Notes: generated by a model from the letters alone, not told the origin. A stretch of DNA of 64,000 bases from Candidatus Bathyarchaeota archaeon BA2 (GCA_001399795.1 LIHK01000056.1:89873-153872), one strand, 5' to 3'. Positions 38,554 to 47,810 are shown, counted from the stretch's first letter. Numbers and translations are program-made.

Positions 38554-40103
38554 TCACATTTTTCCTCCATAAAGTAAATGGTATCCCCTGCATTTTTGTT
38601 TTTTAATAAATCAAGGTCTCCAATTATTCTTCCAATTATATTTGTAGCTTCAAAAGGCTCCCCGGTTGGTCCATAGGTTTTGCTTGCTTTAAGTCTGATA
38701 CCTATTAATCCGCTGAGTTTTTTGCGGGAATTGGTAACCCCTATTGTCCCTTCTTCAACTGTATTCGATGGGGTTGTTTCAACAGATACGGATTTAATGG
38801 TCTTAATATTTCCGGGGCCTGAAAGTATCAGTGCCTCCCCAGTATTTTCAAATACATGAAGTTTACCGATTGGTGAATAAATCATGTCCGCTACCATTCT
38901 AAAGTGTAGGACGCTTCGAGGAGACTCCTCATCATGCATGTTTATATGATTGATAAATTTTGGGTTAACCCCTAGAGTGACTACAGACCCCTGGCCCTTC
39001 ACTTCCATGGTTAATTTGGGACGCTGTTCGATGATTATTGCCTGATCATTTTCATCCCCAACCCGAATATGCCTGATTCTCCGCTGAGATAAATAGTTGG
39101 CAGCTTGCCCCTGACTCATTCCCACCACCATAAGGCGTTCAGGGGTTGTTTTCACCAAGATTTTGTCACCTGGGTTTGCATGTTCCACTAACTCGACCCC
39201 ATGAACTACACTCCCCACAACGCTGTGGGATGAAGTAAAGGGGGCATCGTTTCGATAAATATAGATAGCTCCCACTTTGGTGCCTGTGTTTCTAACAGTG
39301 ATTGCCCCCTTAGGCCTGTAACCTGTATTTTCCTTTGGTAGGGGTATTCCAACGAATTTTTCATTGCAAATGAACATGCTACTTGCATGGCTCACCTTAA
39401 AAAAATCCCCAACGGTTGCTAAGAAATGTTCAGCACAGTTTGAGGTTCTCTCATCAAGGGTTGCTTTAACGTAGGTTAAAATTTGTATGTTGTCTTCTAC
39501 TGTTTTCTCCCCGATTTCTTCAGGTCTCAAAACCAATACTTTCCTACCCTCGATAGTTGATGGATATATGCGCAAAATCGAGTCGCCTCTTTCCAATTCC
39601 AAAATAACGTGGCCCCCACTAATTACTCTCCCAATTATTCCCCAATTCTCCTTCGGGGCCCCATAGACTCCTTCATGGTCCACCCAACTGAAGCATATGT
39701 AGGAAAAAGCTGGATCGAATCCTCCAAAGCTTAGAAAAACATCCCAACAATGATATTTAATCTTCTCCTTGGTTGCCTTAAGCCCTGAATGCGAGAGGTC
39801 TATTGAGCCAAATGTAACTGCCTTTTTGGTAATCCACCCAAATTCAACTCCCTGAAAATCTTGGTAATGCTTTAACCAGAAAGGGAGAAGGGAATCTTCT
39901 ACTCTAATAGAGAATTTCCCTTTGGGGGTTTCTATGAAAAAGTCTCTAGGCAGGTGAGGTTCTGAAATCGATTCTCCTCCTCTTTTTATAGCAATTATTT
40001 TGCAATCCTTTGCGTAAGGTGCTTTAATAATGTTTATAGCATCGAGAATGGTTGATTTTTCATAAACCTCTAGTTTTTCCCCGTTAACCTCTATTTTGAT
40101 CAT
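38550..40103 (-). CDS. mmp3: Methanogenesis marker protein 3-like
   Basis: About 517 aa from the Met at 40103 (MIKIEVNGEKLEV); first gene of the cluster; size matches the family. Confidence 0.55.
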   Translation of the reverse strand: MIKIEVNGEKLEVYEKSTILDAINIIKAPYAKDCKIIAIKRGGESISEPHLPRDFFIETPKGKFSIRVEDSLLPFWLKHYQDFQGVEFGWITKKAVTFGSIDLSHSGLKATKEKIKYHCWDVFLSFGGFDPAFSYICFSWVDHEGVYGAPKENWGIIGRVISGGHVILELERGDSILRIYPSTIEGRKVLVLRPEEIGEKTVEDNIQILTYVKATLDERTSNCAEHFLATVGDFFKVSHASSMFICNEKFVGIPLPKENTGYRPKGAITVRNTGTKVGAIYIYRNDAPFTSSHSVVGSVVHGVELVEHANPGDKILVKTTPERLMVVGMSQGQAANYLSQRRIRHIRVGDENDQAIIIEQRPKLTMEVKGQGSVVTLGVNPKFINHINMHDEESPRSVLHFRMVADMIYSPIGKLHVFENTGEALILSGPGNIKTIKSVSVETTPSNTVEEGTIGVTNSRKKLSGLIGIRLKASKTYGPTGEPFEATNIIGRIIGDLDLLKNKNAGDTIYFMEEKCE

Positions 40104-40353
40104 GCGTGTTCTAAGATAGAAAATGGATGAATAATAGAAAAAGGTTGTGGGCACTGACACAATCTAGCTGAATTGAACATTTCCATGCTTTAACGGGGAA
40201 GTCGATGCTGGCGAGGTACTGTGAGGCTGGTGTTAGAAGCAGGGTTGTTATGTGTAGCTTAGTGATAGTTGATACAGACTGTAACTAATACAAACCTTTT
40301 TATTTTTAGACTCTGATTTACATACTCACGAAATAAGGTTTATAACAGTTAAA

Positions 40354-41799
40354 GTGATGAAGATGCCCGAAAAAATCATTCTGAGATTGTTGGAAGATGC
40401 TGTTGGAAAGGAAAACGTATCTGATGATGAAAGCATTTTGATTGCTTACTCCAGGGATCAATATTGGAACTTTGTTCCACCTAAAATGCCTGATTATGTT
40501 GTGAGACCAAAAAATACCGAAGAAGTTCAGGCTGTAATGCGTATCGCAAACAGATATCGCATCCCTGTTATCCCGATGAGTAGTGGAGTAAACGTCCGAG
40601 GACTCTGCATTCCGGAGCAGGGTGGAATCGTCCTTGAATTGAAAAGGATGAATAGAATTATTGAAATAAACAAGGATGCTATGACTGCCACGGTTGAGCC
40701 AGGCGTTACAATGGTCGAATTCGTAGCAAGTGCTAGGAAACTCGGCCTCAGGCCTGCAGTCCCGGGCGCCCCTGCTGTGGTCTCGCCAGTATCAAATTAC
40801 ATGCTAAGAGGGGTTTATCATCATATTTCTTCCATTGGAATCGATCATGTTCTTTCGATGGAAATAGTTCTGCCGAATGGCGAACTTTTATACACTGGTT
40901 CAGCAGCCTTCCCAAATATTGGTCCGTATTCAAGATTTGGATTTGGTCCAGATCTCACAGGTCTTTTCATGGGTCAGCCAGGAACGATGGGTGTTGTAAC
41001 AAAATTGACTTGCCGTATGTATCCGCTTCCTGAGGCTGAGGAGTGGCTTGGAGCCGGGTTCAATGATCTGAGTAAAGCTGTAAAATTTGTGGATGAATTA
41101 ATGACTGAAAAGCTGTTGGCAAGCTGCTGGTTGCTACACTGGTCTGTTCCCTTAATTACGATGGCGCCTTCACGCGATCTTCAAAAACTTAGGGAGGATG
41201 TGCTTGGGGGATGCGAATGGTTTATAAACCTAACATTCGAGTCGAGCAAAGGCCTCATAGACTATAAGAGAAAAGCCGTTGAAAAGATTGTTCAAAAGTA
41301 TAAACCCGACCTTATCGGAGGGCCGCTCCCCATGGAAGTGGGACCAATAAAGAATGAATGGATGTATCCGAGAAGGATATTTAATTGGTTTAAGTTCGGA
41401 AATTACTTCGCACTAGCCTTCTGGGGACCACTAACTAAATTTGAAGAATATCACGATTTAGGCCTTAAGTTCTGGAAAAAACATGGGCTTGACCCCGAGA
41501 AATTTTCAATTATAGCCGCGCCAACCGAGCCTTATTGCGGTAAACTTAGTTACATAGAAATGGAATGTTTTTACGACTCAACAAACCGAGCTGAGGCTGA
41601 ATCACTGACCGCATTTACATCAGATATGACGAATGAACTTATAGAACTTGGGATATATGGATGGTTTAGGCCTTACGCATTGGCAGTGAAAGCTTCACTT
41701 GGTAAACTTAAGGGAAATTATGTAGAGCTTTGGAAGAAGATTCACGACATTATTGATCCAAATAATACAATGAATCCTGGCAAGCTTTGGCCAGTTTAG
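40354..41799 (+). CDS. FAD-binding oxidase, GlcD/VAO family (copy 2)
   Basis: PDYVVRPKNTEEVQAVMRIANRYRIPVIPMSSGVN, TATVEPGVT, DPNNTMNPGK; paralog of 31271-32680. Confidence 0.8.
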   Translation: MMKMPEKIILRLLEDAVGKENVSDDESILIAYSRDQYWNFVPPKMPDYVVRPKNTEEVQAVMRIANRYRIPVIPMSSGVNVRGLCIPEQGGIVLELKRMNRIIEINKDAMTATVEPGVTMVEFVASARKLGLRPAVPGAPAVVSPVSNYMLRGVYHHISSIGIDHVLSMEIVLPNGELLYTGSAAFPNIGPYSRFGFGPDLTGLFMGQPGTMGVVTKLTCRMYPLPEAEEWLGAGFNDLSKAVKFVDELMTEKLLASCWLLHWSVPLITMAPSRDLQKLREDVLGGCEWFINLTFESSKGLIDYKRKAVEKIVQKYKPDLIGGPLPMEVGPIKNEWMYPRRIFNWFKFGNYFALAFWGPLTKFEEYHDLGLKFWKKHGLDPEKFSIIAAPTEPYCGKLSYIEMECFYDSTNRAEAESLTAFTSDMTNELIELGIYGWFRPYALAVKASLGKLKGNYVELWKKIHDIIDPNNTMNPGKLWPV

Positions 41800-43007
41800 G
41801 AGGTGTCGTGAGCATGCAAGGTTTAAGGGATTTAGAGAAATGGCGTAAATTCTCGTATTTATGTGCCCATTGCCGTTGTTGCTCCGCGGCGGATTATCAT
41901 ACGTTAGGAGAATATATGCAGATATGCCCTTCCGGAACATACTTTGGATTTGAAAGCTACTTTTCATCTGGCAAAATGGAAGTCATTCGTGGTTTGATAG
42001 AGGGACTGATTTCGAAACCATCAGAAAAACTACTCGAAATAGTTTATGTCTGTACCTTATGTGGTGCTTGCGAAAAAAACTGCGAGGAATTCACTCTGTT
42101 AGGAGAAGACTCTGGAGGCTTGACGCACATCTTTGAGGATGCTAGAGCCTTCCTCGTAGAAAGTGGGTGGGGGCCACTTGAGAAACATAAAGAGTTTGCC
42201 AGTAGCATCAGAGTTAATCACAATCCATACTTAGAACCGCATGAAAAAAGAGAAAGCTGGACAGAAAAAAGTTCGTTAAGAAAAGGGTCTCTGGTTTATT
42301 TCACAGGCTGTACTTCGTCTTATAGACAGAAGGAAGTGGCGAAGGCTACTGTTAAAGCATTGGAAGCAATGGAAGAAAAATTTGTGATAATGGGTAGCGA
42401 AGAATGGTGTTGTGGTTCTCCGCTTTTGAGGACAGGACAGATAGATCAGATAACTGAACTGGCTGAACATAATGTAAAAGCCTTAAAAGAAATAGGGGCT
42501 AAAAAAGTAATAACTTCTTGTGCAGGTTGCTATAGAACTTTAAAAAGCGAATACCCAAAAATATTAGGCGCACAACCAGACTTTGAAGTGGTGCATTCTT
42601 CTCAATTTTTTGCGGGGGCGCTTGACAAAAATAAATTGAAGCTCACTAAAGATGTTGATGCTACGGTTACCTACCATGATCCATGTCACCTGGGCAGGCA
42701 TATGGGCGTGTACGACGAACCGAGAAATCTTCTTAAAAAGATTCCAGACCTAAAACTGGTGGAAATGCCTAGGAGCCGACAAAATAGTTGGTGTTGTGGT
42801 GCGGGAGGCGGCGTCAAATCTGCGTTTCCAGATTTTGCGACATCAACAGCCGTTGAGAGATTGAGGGAGGCTGAGGCAATTGGAGTTAAAAAAATAGTGT
42901 CGATGTGTCCCTTTTGCAAACATAACCTCACAGACGCAGCCAAACTACTTAAGAACAAATTCGAAGTCTACGATGTTGTAGAGCTACTTTCAAAGGCAAT
43001 AGGCTAA
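41787..43007 (+). CDS. HdrD/GlcF-like Fe-S protein with two CCG domains (copy 2)
   Basis: CAHCRCCS, CTLCGACEKNC, EWCCGSPLLRTG, SWCCGAGGG, CPFCKHN; roughly half the residues are identical to copy 1 by eye. Confidence 0.75.
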   Translation: MASLGGVVSMQGLRDLEKWRKFSYLCAHCRCCSAADYHTLGEYMQICPSGTYFGFESYFSSGKMEVIRGLIEGLISKPSEKLLEIVYVCTLCGACEKNCEEFTLLGEDSGGLTHIFEDARAFLVESGWGPLEKHKEFASSIRVNHNPYLEPHEKRESWTEKSSLRKGSLVYFTGCTSSYRQKEVAKATVKALEAMEEKFVIMGSEEWCCGSPLLRTGQIDQITELAEHNVKALKEIGAKKVITSCAGCYRTLKSEYPKILGAQPDFEVVHSSQFFAGALDKNKLKLTKDVDATVTYHDPCHLGRHMGVYDEPRNLLKKIPDLKLVEMPRSRQNSWCCGAGGGVKSAFPDFATSTAVERLREAEAIGVKKIVSMCPFCKHNLTDAAKLLKNKFEVYDVVELLSKAIG

Positions 43008-43087
43008 ATAAGCTTATCAAAAATATTTTTAACTCTTTATAAACAAATAACTAAAATTATTATGGAGAACTGGTAGAGGGGGACTAT

Positions 43088-43546
43088 ATGCCTTTAATTG
43101 GAACTAAAAAATGGTTTGAGGCTACTACAAAAGCTTGGAATTCTGACCCTGACAACGTAAAAAGCATGGCAGAAGTACAGGAATCAATTCTCTTGGTTGT
43201 AGATGATCCACCCATAAAGGGGTTAAGAGAGAAAGTAGAAAGCGATGTAATAGACCCTGAAATTTTGAAACGGATGGAAGCTGAGAATAGAGCGGAGTTA
43301 ATTCTCAACATTGAGGATGGCCAAATCAAGGAGTTTAGATTTGCTAGACCCGATGATAGACCTACGGTTATCTTGAGTGGGAAATACGAAGAATTCGAAA
43401 AGGTTGGGAAGGGGGAGGCTGAAACCGTCTGGCAAATTTTAGATGCAAAAGTCAAGTTTAAAGGCGTATTACCTAGATTCGCTACATATATAGATGAGTA
43501 TACTAAACTCTGGCAAATTATAATAGCGAATACAGAGGTTCCTTAG
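43088..43546 (+). CDS. SCP2 (sterol/lipid carrier)-like domain protein
   Basis: GTKKWFEATTKAWNSDPD..., PTVILSGKYEEFEKVGKGEAETVWQILDAKVKFKG follows the SCP2 C-terminal pattern (G-x-l-d-p..A...GK+k.kG). Confidence 0.55.
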   Translation: MPLIGTKKWFEATTKAWNSDPDNVKSMAEVQESILLVVDDPPIKGLREKVESDVIDPEILKRMEAENRAELILNIEDGQIKEFRFARPDDRPTVILSGKYEEFEKVGKGEAETVWQILDAKVKFKGVLPRFATYIDEYTKLWQIIIANTEVP

Positions 43547-43559
43547 GAGATTAAGCAAA

Positions 43560-45032
43560 ATGGAAGAAATCGGTTTAGAGGAAAAATTTGAAATAGAAAA
43601 AGTAAAATGGGAGAAGACTTTGGAGGAAATGGGCCTTGACAAAATCTGGAAGAAGATGGTAGCAATAACCCCATTCCCTGGCAAAACCCCGATGTTTGCT
43701 GAAGTATGGTTTGTCATGCCTTTTACGCGGAATTTTTTCAGAGAAGTTGGCATAAATCCCGAACTCTGGCAAAGGCTGAAGTATGAAAATTTTGTCGAAT
43801 GGTCGTACCGCGTGGATCGAGCCGTTGAAACATCCGACCGCTGCATGAAAGAAAAGATCCCTAAGGAAGAGATCTACTGGACCAAAAACCTATGCTACTT
43901 GAGCCATCCACCCGCATATCTATGTAGACCTGATGTCGGGAAATCCTCTTGCGTAGCGCTTTACGGAAAATACGCGACATGTGAATACGTGCATGTAGAC
44001 GATTTTACTAGGGAGGTCTACTGGGTCAACGGCTACCATAACGAAGACGGGATACCCGTTCATAGGTGGACTGTTGGAGCGGATGAAAACATAAGCAAAT
44101 ATTTCGATGCGGAGGATGATGTAGCGTTCACGCAAAGCACGGCTGAGCATACCGCACCAGCCAGCAGGAAGGAACTGGACGAAAGGCTAGATAGGAGACA
44201 CCTCCGAACCGGGATAAAGATTAGGGATGCTCCTAAAAAACACTGGGATCCATATGATTGGGGGATGGCTGTGCGCGATGTGATCACTGACCTTAGAATT
44301 GAAAGCTTTCCCAAGTGGGTCCATGCGACACTATACATGTCTTGTGTTTCAATGATCTCTAGCACGATAGCCCAAAGCGTGCTAACTAGCTCCGAATTTT
44401 TCATTTACGTGTATTACGGGCTTAACACCACAGCTCTGGGTATCAACTACAATTTATTTTCATACGTGCCCCTCCCGCCCATGATCAGAGTCCTCATCGG
44501 TCTACCTCAAGAAACATTTGTCAAGCGCATGAGTCAACTCTTTCTAGGCGGTTATGATGCATTCCACAGGTACACATGTAAAGAGAAGAAAATCCCAAAT
44601 CTCTTCAAACTGAAGAGATACACGTTTGAACACGGGCAGTTCTTCCCACACTACAAGGGAATACCCCCACCCATGGTTATAGCTCGTGCTATCCCACCCT
44701 CTCTCCAAAAGATCAATTTGAAACAATTCTTGGAGACGCCTCCAAGCAAGGAGTTTTGGGAAATCCTGGAGAGTGAAGCAAGGGCGAATCGTGAGACAGG
44801 TGAAATCCCACCGGCGGATGAGACCGGTAGGATGTATTTCCTATTAGACCCATCGATAGAGCCACTTAAAGCCAAAGACTTCCCCCCGATGGACTTCAAT
44901 GAGGGACAGATTTGGCCATTCGACATCACCCGGGAGAAGGTTGAAATTATGGTCGAAGAAGGGTACGATGGATCTGGAAGGAATATAGAGTATTATAGCG
45001 AACTTGCAAACAAAAAAATGGGCAAAAAATAG
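43560..45032 (+). CDS. Orphan 490-aa protein of unknown function (Cys-rich segment plus central hydrophobic region)
   Basis: Long uninterrupted ORF 14 nt after the SCP2-like stop. It has 5 Cys within CMKEKI..CYLSHPPAYLCRPDVGKSSCVALYGKYATCEYVH. No family recognised. Confidence 0.6.
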   Translation: MEEIGLEEKFEIEKVKWEKTLEEMGLDKIWKKMVAITPFPGKTPMFAEVWFVMPFTRNFFREVGINPELWQRLKYENFVEWSYRVDRAVETSDRCMKEKIPKEEIYWTKNLCYLSHPPAYLCRPDVGKSSCVALYGKYATCEYVHVDDFTREVYWVNGYHNEDGIPVHRWTVGADENISKYFDAEDDVAFTQSTAEHTAPASRKELDERLDRRHLRTGIKIRDAPKKHWDPYDWGMAVRDVITDLRIESFPKWVHATLYMSCVSMISSTIAQSVLTSSEFFIYVYYGLNTTALGINYNLFSYVPLPPMIRVLIGLPQETFVKRMSQLFLGGYDAFHRYTCKEKKIPNLFKLKRYTFEHGQFFPHYKGIPPPMVIARAIPPSLQKINLKQFLETPPSKEFWEILESEARANRETGEIPPADETGRMYFLLDPSIEPLKAKDFPPMDFNEGQIWPFDITREKVEIMVEEGYDGSGRNIEYYSELANKKMGKK

Positions 45033-45091
45033 ATTAAAAGCCGTTAAAGAGTTCTTTGCAGCATCCCCGTACATTATTAGACTTTAACTCG

Positions 45092-45583
45092 CTACGGGGC
45101 TCCAAGAGACCATGCGGAGGGCCTTCCACTTCTCGGTCGTCCAGCAGCCACATCGAAAATGTCTTTTAAATCCATCGCTGCAGCTATGTTCCCTTTTATA
45201 TCACCTCTGCCACTAAAGAATGCTGACATTATATCTATTTCCCCGATCATAGACCTGGCGAGGTCGTAATACTTGAGCGTGAGTACTAAATCGGGCTCCT
45301 CACCCTCTGGTTCCCCTGGCTTCATCGAGACAGGGGCAAACATTAGGGTGAGAGGTTCGATTCCACGTTTCGGGTGCTCCGCCCTAATTACTATTAACCT
45401 AGGTGGAATTTGGGCTGCAATATCTAGCGCCTCTGGAGTTATCATAACTTTCCCGATAGTAAATCCATACATTAATTCTTCAAACATGGGTTCTTTTTCA
45501 TGTGCTTTCAGCCATTCTACTTTTTTCCACCATCCATCGGGTAACTCTTTATATTCAGCTTCTTCCGACGACAAACAAATCAC
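45092..45583 (-). CDS. SCP2-like domain protein
   Basis: DLVLTLKYYDLARSMIGEIDIMSAFFSGRGDIKGNIAAAMDLKDIF is a classical SCP2 C-terminal motif; divergent from mcrA. Confidence 0.65.
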   Translation of the reverse strand: MICLSSEEAEYKELPDGWWKKVEWLKAHEKEPMFEELMYGFTIGKVMITPEALDIAAQIPPRLIVIRAEHPKRGIEPLTLMFAPVSMKPGEPEGEEPDLVLTLKYYDLARSMIGEIDIMSAFFSGRGDIKGNIAAAMDLKDIFDVAAGRPRSGRPSAWSLGAP

Positions 45584-45676
45584 CGATTGAATTTAAGGTA
45601 AAAACCTTTATATCTTTTCCGTCACTACTAAGTCTAGGAGACCAACAGATATTTTAAAAATAGAAGGGGTAGAATC
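45584..45676. promoter_or_regulatory. Divergent promoter region between the SCP2-like gene and mcrA-like gene
   Basis: TATA-like boxes TTTATATC (45607-45614, about 24 nt from the minus-strand ATG at 45583) and TTTTAAAAAT (45652-45661); purine-rich GAAGGGGT sits before the TTG start of mcrA. Confidence 0.3.
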
Positions 45677-47500
45677 TTGGAGGAGAAAGAAGAAAGAAAA
45701 AAGTTTTATGACGATAAAGGTCAAATAACGGCTAGAGAGCGCGATTACGTAAGGGAACTCTACGCTGTATCCAAAAAGTTCCTTCCAACCGAAAGAAGAA
45801 GAGCAATCTACTCTAGATTAGAGAAGCAATTTGGCGCAGACCCCCTCAGCCTTGTGGATTCAGAAATGTATAAACGGGGTGGGTACAGGCAATCAAAACG
45901 TAAACAAGAATTCGTTAAGTCGGGTCGACAAATTGCCATAGAAAGAGGCATACCAGCCTATAATCGAGCTGTTGGAATTCCTCTAGGTCAAAGAATTCTT
46001 GAACCTTACGTAATCACTGGGACTGATATTACAGTAGAACAGGATGATACTCATCATGTTAACAATCCAGCCATCCAACAGATGGTGGACGACATCAAGA
46101 GAACCACAATAGTCAACATCGACATCGCCCACAGAATGCTTCAAGTAAGGGCTGGAAAAGAAGTAACTCCGGAAACAATCAACCTCTACTTAGAAACCCT
46201 TAATCATACTATGTGCGGTGGCGCCGTAGCCCAAGAACACATGTCCGAGATTAATCCCTTGCTGGTGAAAGACGCGTATGCTAAGGTGATTACTGGAAGC
46301 GACGAAATTAAAGACGCTCTAGACAGAAGGTACGTCATTGATATTGACAGACTTTTTCACCCAACCAGGGCGGAGCAACTGAAGAAAGCCCTTGGCAACA
46401 GCATCTGGGTGGTTCTTAGAACCCCGACAATAGCGATAAGGATGGCTGATGGTGACGAGGCTCATAGGTGGGCTGCTATGCAGAACACGATGGCTTTTAT
46501 CGGATCCTACGGCCTTTCGGGAGAACACGTAGTTTCCGACCTAGCCTACTCCTTCAAGCACGCCAGAGTTGTAAACATGGGTAACAAAATGTGGTACCAA
46601 AGAATGCGCGGAAGGAATGAGCCCGGCGGCTTCCCAGACGGCTACATATGCGACTTCATCCAATCCGAGCGAGACCTACCGGCAAGACCTTTCTTGGAAG
46701 TTTCAGAGGAGGATCCGGAAGAGGCTAAGAAATATTCCCGTGCTATGTACGAAGGTATCGGCGCAATCGCAGCAGTTCTTGACAATATGATATGGCTGGG
46801 ATTCTACATGAGTGGCGGTATAGGATTCTCAAACACGGTATCCGCTGCAGGTCTCGCAGGAGGCGTAATAGAAGATATCACAGAAGAGCTTATTGAAACG
46901 ACCCACAGATATATCCGAGGTATAAAGAAGGTACCACCAAAATGGGATATTGTCAGATTCATAGTCGATATGATCATACAGTACGTGATGGAATCTTATG
47001 AAAAGTTCCCAGCATTGTCCGAATTCCATTGGGGAGGAGCCCATAAGGTTTCAATCATAGGTAGTATGGGTGCTGGTGTGGCTTCACTTCTCACAGGTAG
47101 TTCAACAATGGGCATGTGGGCTGGCCACTATGCTATAGCGCTGGTTATGAAAGAGGGGTGGTTGAGAACTGGATGGGCTGGACAAGAAATCCAGGATCAC
47201 ATAGGTTTGCCGAGCCTATGTAGCTTTAGGCCTGAAGAAGGCAATTTCGCGGAATTAAGAGGTCTTAACTACCCGATGCAATCATTCAGCGCAGCCCATG
47301 GTTCTCTAAGGGATGCAGCTATATATGGAGCAATGATAGGAAGAGGTTCAGCATGGAGTGCCAGTCCAGTGGTTAAGGTAGCTTTCGCTGATCCGCATCT
47401 GGTCTTTGACTTCAAGAATCCAAGATTATGCATTGCGAAAGCGTGTATAAAGCAATTCATGCCAGCCGGAGAAAGGGGCCCGTCGCTCCCAGCGCATTAG
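45677..47500 (+). CDS. mcrA: Divergent methyl/alkyl-coenzyme M reductase alpha subunit (ACR-like McrA)
   Basis: 607 aa; GGYRQSKRKQEF, ERGIPAYN, GKEVTPETINLYLE, MRGRNEPGG, YMSGGIGFSNTVSAAG, ELRGLNYP, FMPAGERG align with McrA landmarks. TTG is the only start candidate after the in-frame stop at 45635. Confidence 0.9.
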   Translation: MEEKEERKKFYDDKGQITARERDYVRELYAVSKKFLPTERRRAIYSRLEKQFGADPLSLVDSEMYKRGGYRQSKRKQEFVKSGRQIAIERGIPAYNRAVGIPLGQRILEPYVITGTDITVEQDDTHHVNNPAIQQMVDDIKRTTIVNIDIAHRMLQVRAGKEVTPETINLYLETLNHTMCGGAVAQEHMSEINPLLVKDAYAKVITGSDEIKDALDRRYVIDIDRLFHPTRAEQLKKALGNSIWVVLRTPTIAIRMADGDEAHRWAAMQNTMAFIGSYGLSGEHVVSDLAYSFKHARVVNMGNKMWYQRMRGRNEPGGFPDGYICDFIQSERDLPARPFLEVSEEDPEEAKKYSRAMYEGIGAIAAVLDNMIWLGFYMSGGIGFSNTVSAAGLAGGVIEDITEELIETTHRYIRGIKKVPPKWDIVRFIVDMIIQYVMESYEKFPALSEFHWGGAHKVSIIGSMGAGVASLLTGSSTMGMWAGHYAIALVMKEGWLRTGWAGQEIQDHIGLPSLCSFRPEEGNFAELRGLNYPMQSFSAAHGSLRDAAIYGAMIGRGSAWSASPVVKVAFADPHLVFDFKNPRLCIAKACIKQFMPAGERGPSLPAH

Positions 47501-47685
47501 CGTACTCTTGTTAATACGCCTAATGGATTAATTTTCCCTCTTAAAGCCACATTAAATAAGGGTTACTACCGTTTTTTGAAGTAACTTTTACTTTTTCTTT
47601 CTTCGAAACTCTAGTGTTAGGAGTTTTCAGTTCCAATCTGAAATCTTTGAGATAGACTAAATTAGGGGGATCGACCTTTCTGGCT

Positions 47686-47810
47686 TTTTGCCATGAAAAA
47701 ATGCTTCCACCAAGAAACGTCCATGTTAGCCAATCCATGGCTAAAGGGAGAAGAATTGAGGCTATTTCATGCTCTTTTAAAGGCGCGAAGCGCCATGTAC
47801 GTTTAGTCGG
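47686..47810 (+). repeat. Dispersed structured repeat, copy 2 (long form)
   Basis: TTTTGCCATGAAAAAATGCTTCCACCAAGAAACGTCCATGTTAGCCAATCCATGGCTAAAGGGAGAAGAATTGAGGCTATTTCATGCTCTTTTAAAGGCGCGAAGCGCCATGTACGTTTAGTCGG; 186 nt downstream of mcrA. Confidence 0.7.
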
